The notes below the pieces were generated by a model. The model saw only the letters and a list, made by a program, of their open reading frames with translations, did no database searches and was not told the origin of the DNA. From the NCBI GenBank assembly GCA_902604525.1, contig CACKYY010000001.1, positions 29,787-93,786 of the forward strand: DNA of 64,000 nt, written 5' to 3'. The position numbers and the translations under genes are program-made. Of the stretch, positions 15,464 through 25,270 are shown one piece after another; positions within the stretch are counted from its first letter, which is position 1, and every line of letters starts with the position of its first letter. The DNA comes from an uncultured Pelagibacteraceae bacterium. GTDB lineage: Bacteria > Pseudomonadota > Alphaproteobacteria > Pelagibacterales > Pelagibacteraceae.

Positions 15464-16183
15464 CTAGAAATTATCCTTTAAATCTCGCAGTTTTGAAAAG
15501 GTTTTGACATCTTTTGCTCTTAGAAAAATATTGCAATCCAATTCTTCTTTAAGTGTAGACGGAATTGTGGGCAAGTTATTCTTTAACTTTATTTGAATAT
15601 TTTGTATTTTTTTTTTAAGATTTAAATTTTCAGAATCATGTTTGATACAAAATTTTGAATTATTAAGAGTATATTCGTGACCACAATAAATTTGAGTATC
15701 AAGAGGCATAGCTTTAATCTTATTTAAAGAACTAAACATTTGTTCGTAGGTACCTTCAAAAATTCTCCCACAGCCAAGGGAAAAAAGAGTATCTCCAGTA
15801 AATAGTAATTTATCTTTATAAAAATGAAAACAAATATGGCCCTTAGTATGTCCAGGAACATGAATAATTTTAGCTACAAAATTATCACTTTTCCATATTT
15901 CATTGTCTTCAAGACAGATATCAATTTCTGGAATTCTTTCTGAATCATTTTTAAAGCCAACAACAATACTATTATATTTTTTCTTTAATTCCTTATTACC
16001 TCCAATATGATCAAAATGATGATGGGTATTTAAAATATATTTAAGATTAATATCTTTATTTTTTAGATAATCAATTACCGGACTGGCTTCGCTTGGGTCA
16101 ACAATACATGCCAAATTATTGGTCTCATCTATAATTAAATAACTATAATTATCTTGGAGACATGAAATTATTTCTACTTTCAT
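15464..16183 (-). CDS. gloB: Hydroxyacylglutathione hydrolase (glyoxalase II)
   Basis: THHHFDHIGG, PGHTKGH, FTGDTLFSLGCGR, CGHEYT. Confidence 0.95.
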   Translation of the reverse strand: MKVEIISCLQDNYSYLIIDETNNLACIVDPSEASPVIDYLKNKDINLKYILNTHHHFDHIGGNKELKKKYNSIVVGFKNDSERIPEIDICLEDNEIWKSDNFVAKIIHVPGHTKGHICFHFYKDKLLFTGDTLFSLGCGRIFEGTYEQMFSSLNKIKAMPLDTQIYCGHEYTLNNSKFCIKHDSENLNLKKKIQNIQIKLKNNLPTIPSTLKEELDCNIFLRAKDVKTFSKLRDLKDNF

Positions 16184-16184
16184 T

Positions 16185-16781
16185 TTATTTCTCTATTAAA
16201 AATATTCCTAGATCTGCAAAAAAATTTTTAATTGTTAAATTGCTATCATTTATTATTGAAACATTTTGATTGTTTATAGCCAATGATTTAAAGATTTTGA
16301 TGTTTCTTGATTTTGCAAAGTAAAAAAAATCCTTTATTGAACACATATGAATATTAGGAGTATTGTACCATTCGTCTGGCAATGTCTTAGTAATTGGCAT
16401 TGTGCCTTTTATGAGCAAATGAAGTCTGACTCTCCAATAACCAAAGTTTGGAATAGTTACAATCGCTTTTTTTCCAACTCTTAAAAGTTCGTTAATAACT
16501 AGCTCAGGATTTAAGAAAGCTTGAAGAGTTTGACTAAGAACAACAAATTCGAAAGATTTGTCTGGAAATTGTTTTAGATCTTTTTCTGCATTTCCTTCAA
16601 TGACAGTCAATCCTTTTGCAATACACTCTTGTACTTTACTTTTTGATATCTCCAGTCCTCTAATATTAGTATTTTTATTATTTTTTAAATACTCCATTAA
16701 AATTCCATCTCCACAACCTACATCTAATACTTTTATATCTTTTTCTATTAATTCAGCTATTACTTTAAATTCATTTTTCAT
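16185..16781 (-). CDS. metW: Methionine biosynthesis protein MetW (SAM-dependent methyltransferase fold)
   Basis: VLDVGCGDG, LSQTLQ, WYNTPNIH; directly downstream of metX. Confidence 0.93.
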   Translation of the reverse strand: MKNEFKVIAELIEKDIKVLDVGCGDGILMEYLKNNKNTNIRGLEISKSKVQECIAKGLTVIEGNAEKDLKQFPDKSFEFVVLSQTLQAFLNPELVINELLRVGKKAIVTIPNFGYWRVRLHLLIKGTMPITKTLPDEWYNTPNIHMCSIKDFFYFAKSRNIKIFKSLAINNQNVSIINDSNLTIKNFFADLGIFLIEK

Positions 16782-16783
16782 AA

Positions 16784-17902
16784 TTAATTTTCTGTATAAG
16801 ATTTATCTAAAAAGTTTTTAAGCGCACTTAAAAAGTCTGGAACATCTAATAAAAAAGAGTCGTGACCTTTGTCAGACTCTATTTCAACAAAACCCACATC
16901 TGCGCCAATAGAATTTAAGGCAATTACAATATCTTTGTTTTCTTGAGTTGGATAAAGCCAGTCAGACGTAAAAGATATTATAAAAAACTTTGCTCTTGTG
17001 GCTCTAAATGCGTCAGATAAATTACCCTTGAATTGTTTTGCTAAGTCAAAATAATCCATTGCTCTTGTAATATAAAGATAGCTATTCGCATCGAATCTGT
17101 CGACAAATACTGAACCTTGATATCTTAAATAACTTTCTATCTGAAAATCTGCATCAAAACCAAATTTCAAATCCTCTCTCTCTTGGAGTTTTCTTCCAAA
17201 TTTTTCTTGGAGACCTTTTTTTGAAAGATAGGTTATATGTGCAGCCATTCTTGCAACAGCCAAACCTTTATTTGGGATTGTATCTTTAGATGAATAATCT
17301 CCATCTTTCCAATTACTATCAGCCGCTATAGCCTGTCTTCCTAATTCATTAAATGCAATATTTTGTGCTGAGTGACTAGACGTACATGCAATTGGTATAA
17401 CTGTTTTAGCTTTATCAGGAAAATTACTAATAAATTGAAGTACCTGCATACCACCCATTGAGCCACCTGCGATCGAAAAAAGTTTGTCTATACCAAAATG
17501 TCCAAGCAAATTGTATTGTGCATTAACCATATCGTTAATAGTTATAACTGGAAAATTTGTACCAAAAGCAGACCCGGTACTAGGGTCTTCATGGCTTGGC
17601 CCAAATGAGCCCATGCATCCACCCATTACATTTGCACAAATAACAAAGTATTTTTTGGTATCAATTGCTTTATCAGGACCAACCGCATAAGACCACCAGC
17701 CATCTTTCTTTGTTATCGGATTTAAACCAGTAACAAATTGATCTCCAGTTAATGCATGAAAAACTAAAATAGCGTTATCTTTTTTTTCATTTAATGTACC
17801 ATATGTTTCGTATGCTATCGGGAATTCATTAATAGTTTTCCCACAATCTAACTTTAAAGGTTTTTTTACTATAAGTGTTTTAATATTATTCTCAGTATTC
17901 AT
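16784..17902 (-). CDS. metX: Homoserine O-acyltransferase
   Basis: HALTGD, nucleophile GGSMGGMQ, RFDANSY, GHDSFL. Confidence 0.95.
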   Translation of the reverse strand: MNTENNIKTLIVKKPLKLDCGKTINEFPIAYETYGTLNEKKDNAILVFHALTGDQFVTGLNPITKKDGWWSYAVGPDKAIDTKKYFVICANVMGGCMGSFGPSHEDPSTGSAFGTNFPVITINDMVNAQYNLLGHFGIDKLFSIAGGSMGGMQVLQFISNFPDKAKTVIPIACTSSHSAQNIAFNELGRQAIAADSNWKDGDYSSKDTIPNKGLAVARMAAHITYLSKKGLQEKFGRKLQEREDLKFGFDADFQIESYLRYQGSVFVDRFDANSYLYITRAMDYFDLAKQFKGNLSDAFRATRAKFFIISFTSDWLYPTQENKDIVIALNSIGADVGFVEIESDKGHDSFLLDVPDFLSALKNFLDKSYTEN

Positions 17903-17936
17903 AACAAAGCTATTATTTGAATTGTGAGAAAAAAAA

Positions 17937-17986
17937 CTATTTTAGCGGTTTTTTTTAAGCGCTCGCAATTCAGTTAAATCAGCGCA
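17937..17986 (-). ncRNA. SAM-II riboswitch aptamer in the metX leader
   Basis: Minus strand reads GCGCUGAUUUAACUGAAUUGCGAGCGCUUAAAAAAAACCGCUAAAAUAG. P1 is GCGCU/AGCGC, with the conserved UGAUUUAAC loop and 3' GCUAAA pseudoknot segment of SAM-II, upstream of a methionine gene. Confidence 0.9.
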
Positions 17987-17991
17987 TAAAT

Positions 17992-18020
17992 TTTGTACTA
18001 GAACTTATTTATTCTGTCAA
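17992..18020 (-). promoter_or_regulatory. Sigma70 promoter of metX
   Basis: TTGACA-17 nt-TACAAA; the predicted TSS near 17985 coincides with the 5' end of the aptamer. Confidence 0.7.
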
Positions 18021-18094
18021 TTTTTTTAAAAATCGTCTTATTCTCTATAAAAATTTGTAATTTTATCTATAAAGAGCACATAAAAATTAAAAAA

Positions 18095-19177
18095 ATGGTT
18101 ACTCCAAAATTTAAAAAATTCAAGATAGAAGCTTATAAACCTGGCAGGTCAAAGGTCAGGAAGCTGAAAAAAGTTATAAAACTTTCAGCAAACGAATCTG
18201 CTCTTGGAATCAGCCCATTGGCAAAGAAACTGATATTAAATAAAAAAATGATTTTAGATAAATATCCTGACGGAAAGTCCCAGGATTTAAGAAAAGCAAT
18301 TTCAAAAAAATATAATTGTGATTTTAATAAAATTATTTGTGGTGCAGGATCTGACGAGGTAATCCAAATGCTGTGTCAATTATATTTAAATCCAAAAGAT
18401 GAGGTAATAGTTCCACAATATAGTTTTTTAATGTACAGAATTTATGCAAAAATTGTAGGTGCTAAAGTTTTATTTGCAAAAGAGGTAAATTTTAAAGTCT
18501 CAATAAGGGAGATTTTAAAAAAAATTACAAGAAAAACTAAAATAGTATTTATTGCTAATCCAAATAATCCAACAGCAACTTATTTGACAAAAAAAGAAAT
18601 ATTAGAATTGAGAAAAAAATTAAATAGAAGAATTTTACTTGTGGTTGATGATGCCTATTCAGAATATATGAAAAATAATGATTACACCTCAGGTTTAGAT
18701 TTATTTAGAAATAGAGATAATGTATTTATCTTAAGAACATTTTCAAAAATGTTTGGATTAGCTTCTTTAAGAGTAGGTTGGGGTTATGGATCAAAAAAAA
18801 TAATAGATGCTTTAAATGTGATTAAACCACCATTCAATGTAAATGGTGTAGCACAACTTGCAGCTATTGCTTCGCTAAGAGATACAAAATTTATAAGTAG
18901 ATCTGTTAAGCACAATTTACTTTATGCTAAAAAGTTAAAAAAATTTCTTGAGGGTTACAATATTTCTTCAAATAAAATCTCAGCAAATTTTCTATTTTTA
19001 AATTTTGATAATTGTAAAATTTCAGCAAAATATTTATATGAAAAATTGAAACAAAAAGGTGTTATCTTAAGATCAACAGAGGATGGCTATGGTATTAAAA
19101 ATAAATTAAGATTAACCATAGGGTCTAAGGAAGAAAATTTAAAATTTATGAATACTGTAAAAAGAATATTAAATTAA
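18095..19177 (+). CDS. hisC: Histidinol-phosphate aminotransferase
   Basis: KLSANE, GAGSDE, ANPNNPT, DDAY, PLP lysine in RTFSKMFGLASLRVGW. Confidence 0.93.
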   Translation: MVTPKFKKFKIEAYKPGRSKVRKLKKVIKLSANESALGISPLAKKLILNKKMILDKYPDGKSQDLRKAISKKYNCDFNKIICGAGSDEVIQMLCQLYLNPKDEVIVPQYSFLMYRIYAKIVGAKVLFAKEVNFKVSIREILKKITRKTKIVFIANPNNPTATYLTKKEILELRKKLNRRILLVVDDAYSEYMKNNDYTSGLDLFRNRDNVFILRTFSKMFGLASLRVGWGYGSKKIIDALNVIKPPFNVNGVAQLAAIASLRDTKFISRSVKHNLLYAKKLKKFLEGYNISSNKISANFLFLNFDNCKISAKYLYEKLKQKGVILRSTEDGYGIKNKLRLTIGSKEENLKFMNTVKRILN

Positions 19178-20073
19178 ATGAACAATATTTTAATTATTGG
19201 ATGTGGTTTATTAGGATCCTCTTTATTGAGACGCATTCACAAAAAAAAAATTGTAAAAAAAATATTCATTTATGAAAAATCAAAATCAAATATTTCAAAA
19301 ATTAAGAAATTAAGGCTTCCAGGCATTGTTATTGACAATATAGATAAAGGAGCAATTAATTATGATCTAATTATTTTTTGTACTCCAATGAGTGAATACA
19401 AAAATCTAATCTTAAAGATAAATAATTTTATTACTCCCAAAACATTAATTACAGATATCGGATCATCTAAAGTAGAGACCTCGAGGCTTATTAAAAAATT
19501 TTTGAAAAAAAATATATCTTGGACCCAAAGTCATCCAATTGCAGGCTCAGAAGTTAGTGGCCCAGAGCATGGTAAGGAAAATATGTTTCAAGATCGATGG
19601 TGTATTTTAATAAAAGAAAAAAATACAAAAAAAAATATTTGGACATTTTAAATAATTTTTGGAAAAAAATGGGTTCAAAAGTTATCGTTATGACACCTGA
19701 AAAACATGATAGAATTTTTTCCATAACAAGTCATTTACCCCATTTAATTGCTTATAATTTGGTAAAATCAGCACAAGATTTTGAAAAAAAACAAAATTAC
19801 GATTTGATTAAGTTTAGTGCTGGAGGGCTTAGAGACTTTTCACGTATAGCAGCTTCAAATGAAATTATGTGGAGAGATATTTTTTTTAATAATAGTAATA
19901 ATATTTCAAAAGCTATTGATTTATTTATCAAAAATCTAAAAGCTTTTAAAAAAGATATAAATTTAAAAAACAATAAATCAATATTAAAAAAATTAATTCA
20001 AACCAAAAGAGTTCGATCTAAAATTATTAAGTTAAAACAAGATATAAACAAACCTGACTTTGGTAGAAGTTAA
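19178..20073 (+). CDS. tyrA: Prephenate/cyclohexadienyl dehydrogenase, split by a frameshift in the A9 run at 19627-19635
   Basis: GCGLLG Rossmann fold, TDIGSSK, HPIAGSE in the first ORF; HDRIFSITSHLPH and GGLRDFSRIA in the second. Adding one A joins them; hisC-tyrA synteny. Confidence 0.9.
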
Positions 20074-20816
20074 AATTTTATTTTAGAAATTTTTTTCACT
20101 TCAAGGCTTGCTGTATCAAGTATTCTTTTAATTGTTTCCTTTATTGGCATTATAATTACCTTTTTTTTTGGACCATAAGCGTGGATCAACTGTTTAGAGT
20201 TTACGCAAATGGCAACATGACCTTTCCAAAATATAATATCTCCCTTTTTAAATTTTTTTGATATTTTTTTCACCGAATACTTTATTTGATCTTTAGTATC
20301 TCTTGGATAAAATAAATTATTATAATAAAAAAAAATTTGTAATAGAGCTGAACAATCAATACCTTTATAAGTCTTACCACCCCATTTATAACTTACCTTA
20401 AGAAATTTTGTAAAAAATTTTACAAAGTTTTTTTCTTTGTGATTAATTTCTTTAATATCTTTTTTTTTAATCCACTTATTTTTGTCAATTTTTATATAAA
20501 ACTTATTTTCTTTTTCTACACTTAATTTAGATCCTAGGGGGAGGTAGCTGTTTGAGACAGAATTAGGTTTTATATAAATTGCTGCCTTTAAGGTATTTAC
20601 TTTATATTTTGGATTAAAATTTTTGATATATTGTTTATTTTTAATGTATCCAACATAATTGTCATATTTAGATTTAATCTTTATCCAATTTTTATTTTTA
20701 GAAAAAATTTTAAATTTTTCACCGTATATTATTTGAGAAGTTACCTCAGATGACGTGTGAGGTTCTTTGTAAATATTCGAAATATTCCCTTTAAAGTAAA
20801 AATTATTTTTCACCAA
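20070..20816 (-). CDS. SH3 + NlpC/P60 peptidoglycan peptidase
   Basis: N-terminal SH3b-like segment; YKWGG...GIDCSAL (Cys), GHVAI (His), IHA. Confidence 0.85.
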   Translation of the reverse strand: MVKNNFYFKGNISNIYKEPHTSSEVTSQIIYGEKFKIFSKNKNWIKIKSKYDNYVGYIKNKQYIKNFNPKYKVNTLKAAIYIKPNSVSNSYLPLGSKLSVEKENKFYIKIDKNKWIKKKDIKEINHKEKNFVKFFTKFLKVSYKWGGKTYKGIDCSALLQIFFYYNNLFYPRDTKDQIKYSVKKISKKFKKGDIIFWKGHVAICVNSKQLIHAYGPKKKVIIMPIKETIKRILDTASLEVKKISKIKF

Positions 20817-22179
20817 TTTTGATTTTATTTTTTATAAGCCATAAACAAAGCAAAGAGGGGATGACCATAATTGTAGTTAAAACAAAGAATGTTCCCCAAT
20901 CTCCATTTAGCCAATCTACTAACGCACCTGAGGATGATGCTAAAGTAGTTCTTCCAGCAGTACCTATTGAAGCAAGTAATGCATATTGAGTTGCTGTGTA
21001 AGTTCTATCTACCAATAAAGAAATAAAAGCAACAAAAGCCACTGTAGCAAATGCTGCAGTAATATCGTCAGCAATTACAGCGATTGCAAACAAAATTTCA
21101 GATTTTCCTGTCCAAGCCAAAACTGCAAATAAAAGATTTGTTATAGCCATTAGCCCTCCTGCGAAGAACATTGTTTTTATCGTTCCAGCTCGCATAGCCA
21201 TTAAACCACCTAATAATGTAAATATTACAGTTGTTATCCAACCAAGTCCTTTTGAGTAAATTGCAATTTGTCCTTTTGAAAATCCGATTTCTTTATAAAA
21301 AACAATGGACATCCTTCCCATAAAAGCTTCACCAATTTTAAATAAAAAAACAAATGCTAATAGTCCTGCTGCGATAGCAAAGCTGTTTTTTTTAAAAAAA
21401 CTAATAATGGGTCCTCCAATAGTTCCTGTGATATAGGCAATAAAATTTGTTACAAAATTACTCGATCCAAGTTTTTTTTCAATTAGTTGGTCTGTTTCTT
21501 TCTGTTTAGCCTGTCTATCTGTTTGAATAGGTTCATGAACAAACATTAAACCTATGTTCATTAAAATAATTAAAATTCCCAAAATTAAAAAAGTAGTTTG
21601 CCAATAGTTAGATACGCCAAAGTTTTCAAAAAATTCAGCTGTAAACAATGCAACAACTCCTCCCAATTTATAACCTGTCCACCAACCTACAACAGCCATT
21701 GCCGCACCTGCCGCCATAGATTTTCCTTCATTTTCACTTATTTGTTCAATTCTTAATGCATCTACAGTTATGTCTTGTGTAGCTGAGGCTATAGCTATAA
21801 TTAATCCTACACTTATCAATAGAGTTAAATTTTCTGTTGGATTTATTGCGCTCCAAACTACTAGGCATAGTAAAATTATGATTTGCATTAAGACTATCCA
21901 TCCCCGTCTATGACCTAACTTTTTTGTTAAGTAAGGTATTTGGACTCTATCGATAATTGGAGCCCACAAGTAGTTAAAGGCGTATACACCAAAGATTAAT
22001 CCTGCCCAACCAATTGTAGATCTGCTTAGACCCTCTTCTTTTAACCAAAGACTTAAACTGCTTGCAATCAAGACCCAAGGAAAACCTGAGATGGCTCCTA
22101 ACAAAAGAATTCTGAGCATTCTTTTGTCGTAATAAACAGAAAAAGTTTCAGATAGTGTTTGTTTTTTTTCCTCAAGCAT
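20803..22179 (-). CDS. ampG: AmpG-family muropeptide MFS permease
   Basis: LGAISGFP, WAPIIDR, RRGW, ASATQDITVDALRIE, YTATQYALLAS. Confidence 0.9.
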   Translation of the reverse strand: MLEEKKQTLSETFSVYYDKRMLRILLLGAISGFPWVLIASSLSLWLKEEGLSRSTIGWAGLIFGVYAFNYLWAPIIDRVQIPYLTKKLGHRRGWIVLMQIIILLCLVVWSAINPTENLTLLISVGLIIAIASATQDITVDALRIEQISENEGKSMAAGAAMAVVGWWTGYKLGGVVALFTAEFFENFGVSNYWQTTFLILGILIILMNIGLMFVHEPIQTDRQAKQKETDQLIEKKLGSSNFVTNFIAYITGTIGGPIISFFKKNSFAIAAGLLAFVFLFKIGEAFMGRMSIVFYKEIGFSKGQIAIYSKGLGWITTVIFTLLGGLMAMRAGTIKTMFFAGGLMAITNLLFAVLAWTGKSEILFAIAVIADDITAAFATVAFVAFISLLVDRTYTATQYALLASIGTAGRTTLASSSGALVDWLNGDWGTFFVLTTIMVIPSLLCLWLIKNKIKIGEK

Positions 22180-23619
22180 TTAGTTTTTCCAAAACGATGG
22201 TAGAAATAATACTAGTATTGCGAATAACTCAAGTCTACCTAAAATCATCCCAAGAGACAAAACCCACTTTGATACATCTGGCAATGATGAAAAATCTCCA
22301 TTTGGTCCAATTATAGGCCCTAAACCTGGGCCAACATTTGAGATAGATGTTGCGGCTCCAGATAGTGCAGTAATGAAATCAAGGCCAGTTAAGGATAATA
22401 AAGCAGCTAAAATAAAAAAAATTACAAAATAAAAAAAAATGAAAGATATAATTGAAGCAATAAATTTTTCATCTACCGAATTTTGATCATACTTTATTAA
22501 AAAAACTCCTTTTGGATAAATGATTTTTTTAAGTTGATTTAATATGAAAAGGTAGAGAATTTGAATCCTAAAAATTTTAATTCCACATGTGGTTGATCCT
22601 GCACATCCTCCAATGAACATTAATGCAAGAAAAATAGTTATTGGAAAACTTCCCCAGTTATCAAACTCAGCATTTACATAACCAGTTCCAGTTAAAATAG
22701 AAATAGAATTAAAAAATATAGATCTAAACGAAAAGTTTTCATTATTAGTTAAAAATAAATAAAAACATAATATAATTACTGATAAAATTATAATTTTTAA
22801 AAATGATTTTATTTGAACATCATTTAAAAATATTTTTTTATTTCCACTTAAAAATTTAATGTAAGCAATAAAAGGAATACTTCCTAAAATTATAAACACT
22901 ATTGAGGAAATCTCAATATAAACGCTATTAAAATAACCTATAGACTGGTTATAATTTGAGAACCCACCTGTTGCAATTGTTGTCATTGAATGAGTTAAGC
23001 TGTCAAATTTTCCCATTCCAAAAATCCAATAACTAACAGCACAAACTGCAGTTAAAGCTGAGTAAATATATATTAATCTTAATGCTATCTCTTTAGACTT
23101 TGGAAGTATTTTTTCTGATGAGTCGTTGCTGGAAATTTTAAATAATTGCATTCCTCCAACATTCATTATCGGCATAAGTGTTATAGCCATTACAATTATA
23201 CCTATACCTCCTAACCATTGTAAAATAGCTCTCCATAAAAGAATACCTTTAGGGGCATTTTCCAAATTAGATATGATAGTTGAGCCAGTGGTAGTAATTC
23301 CTGACATACTCTCAAAAAAGGCATCTGTAATTGACATTTCCATAGAAGAAAAAATGAAAGGTAAAGATCCAAAAACTGCAACACTCAACCAAGATAAAGC
23401 TGTTAACAAAAAGGCTTGTTGTAGATTAACTTTTCTATCATGATCAATATTAGTTAAAAAAAAAAGCGCACCAAAAACTATTGTTACAATTGACGCTCCA
23501 AAAAAAGATGAGTCAATTTCTGCATAAATAAATTGTACAATTATAGGGACAAACATAGACACCCCTAAGATTATTTGTAAAATTCCAAGTGTAAAAAATA
23601 CCGTTTTATAATTAGACAT
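22180..23619 (-). CDS. trkH: TrkH potassium uptake membrane protein
   Basis: FFESMSGITTTG, WLGGIGII, TIATGGFS, GGCAGSTTCGIK, SNVGPGLG, GRLE. Confidence 0.95.
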   Translation of the reverse strand: MSNYKTVFFTLGILQIILGVSMFVPIIVQFIYAEIDSSFFGASIVTIVFGALFFLTNIDHDRKVNLQQAFLLTALSWLSVAVFGSLPFIFSSMEMSITDAFFESMSGITTTGSTIISNLENAPKGILLWRAILQWLGGIGIIVMAITLMPIMNVGGMQLFKISSNDSSEKILPKSKEIALRLIYIYSALTAVCAVSYWIFGMGKFDSLTHSMTTIATGGFSNYNQSIGYFNSVYIEISSIVFIILGSIPFIAYIKFLSGNKKIFLNDVQIKSFLKIIILSVIILCFYLFLTNNENFSFRSIFFNSISILTGTGYVNAEFDNWGSFPITIFLALMFIGGCAGSTTCGIKIFRIQILYLFILNQLKKIIYPKGVFLIKYDQNSVDEKFIASIISFIFFYFVIFFILAALLSLTGLDFITALSGAATSISNVGPGLGPIIGPNGDFSSLPDVSKWVLSLGMILGRLELFAILVLFLPSFWKN

Positions 23620-23707
23620 TTTGAAAGAACATTATTTTATGGTAAATAAATTTCAACTCTATAAGAATTAATAAAATCACTAATTTGAGATTTTAAAAGA
23701 ACAATTC

Positions 23708-25270
23708 ATGATTAAAAAAGAAGTTTTAGACAAAACCAGTGCATGGCCTTTTGTAGAAGCCAAAAAAATGTTGAGAGAAAGAAAATCGTTCATTGAAAAA
23801 AAAGGAAAAATAACATTACAAACTGGATACGGACCAAGCGGATTACCTCACATAGGTACTTTCGGAGAAGTTGCAAGAACCTCTATGATGGTAAATGCTT
23901 TAAAGCAATTAACTGATTTTCCTACTGAAATTATCACTTTTTCGGATGATATGGATGGTCTAAGAAAAGTTCCAGAAAATATCCCTAACCAAAATTTGTT
24001 AAACGAAAATCTTCACAAGCCATTAACCGAGGTTCCAGACCCATTTGGGAAATTTAACAGTTTTGGTGATCATAATAATGAAATGTTAAAGGATTTTTTA
24101 AATAGTTTTAACTTTAAATATAGCTTTAAAAGTTCAACGGATTTGTACAAAACTGGATTCTTTAACTCAACACTAAAAATAATTTTAGATAATTATGATG
24201 GTATAATGAATATTATACTCCCAACCTTAGGTAAAGAACGTCAAAAAACCTACTGTCCATTTTTACCTATATGTCCTGATACTGGTCATGTACTTGAAAT
24301 ACCAGTTGTAGAAATTAATAAAGAAAAATCTCAAATAATTTTCGACAACAAAGGTAAAAAACTTGAAAAAAGTATTCTTGATGGAAACTGTAAACTTCAA
24401 TGGAAGGTTGACTGGGCAATGAGGTGGTATGCTCTTGATATTGACTTTGAAATGTATGGTAAAGATTTAATTGAAAGTGCAATATTATCTACAAAAATTA
24501 TCAACTTACTTGGTAAAAAGAATCCCTCAGGCTTTGCATATGAGTTATTTTTAGATGAAAAAGGTGAAAAGATTTCTAAATCGAAGGGAAATGGAATTAC
24601 TATTGATCAATGGTTGAAGTATGCATCTCCTGAAAGTTTATCTTTATACATGTATCAAAACCCGAAAAGGGCAAAAAAACTATATAAAGAAATTGTTCCA
24701 AAGGCTGTAGACGAATATTTAGATAATATTGAAAAATCTAAAAAACAAACAGATCAGCAACTGATAATGAATCCGGTCTGGCATGTTCATGAAGGAAAAA
24801 TCCCAACTGAAGAAATGATTATGACTTTTTCTATGTTGCTTAACTTGGTTGAAACAAGTAATGCAGATAGCAAGGATTTACTTTGGAAATTTGTTAAAAA
24901 ATATAAACCAAATATCCAAGAAAAAAAATCTCCAATCTTTGATGGATTAGTTCGATATGCAATTAAATATTTTAATGACGTAATTAAATCACAAAAAAAA
25001 TACAAAAAACCAAGTGAAAGTGAAAAAAAAGCTCTTCTAGCTTTAATTAAAACTTTAGAAACATGTAATGATGGAATGTCACCTGAAGAAATCCAAACTT
25101 TAATTTATTCAGTTGGTAAAGAAAATGGATATGCTGATAAACTAAGAGACTGGTTTAAGTTAATTTATGAGGTTGTTTTTGGTGATGAAAATGGTCCAAG
25201 AATGGGTTTTTTCATAAGTTTTTTTGGTGTAAACGAAACTAAAGAGCTTATAACGAATAAATTAAAATAA
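23708..25270 (+). CDS. lysS: Lysyl-tRNA synthetase, class I
   Basis: TGYGPSGLPHIGT (HIGH-like), KISKSKGN (KMSKS-like), GPRMG. Confidence 0.95.
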   Translation: MIKKEVLDKTSAWPFVEAKKMLRERKSFIEKKGKITLQTGYGPSGLPHIGTFGEVARTSMMVNALKQLTDFPTEIITFSDDMDGLRKVPENIPNQNLLNENLHKPLTEVPDPFGKFNSFGDHNNEMLKDFLNSFNFKYSFKSSTDLYKTGFFNSTLKIILDNYDGIMNIILPTLGKERQKTYCPFLPICPDTGHVLEIPVVEINKEKSQIIFDNKGKKLEKSILDGNCKLQWKVDWAMRWYALDIDFEMYGKDLIESAILSTKIINLLGKKNPSGFAYELFLDEKGEKISKSKGNGITIDQWLKYASPESLSLYMYQNPKRAKKLYKEIVPKAVDEYLDNIEKSKKQTDQQLIMNPVWHVHEGKIPTEEMIMTFSMLLNLVETSNADSKDLLWKFVKKYKPNIQEKKSPIFDGLVRYAIKYFNDVIKSQKKYKKPSESEKKALLALIKTLETCNDGMSPEEIQTLIYSVGKENGYADKLRDWFKLIYEVVFGDENGPRMGFFISFFGVNETKELITNKLK

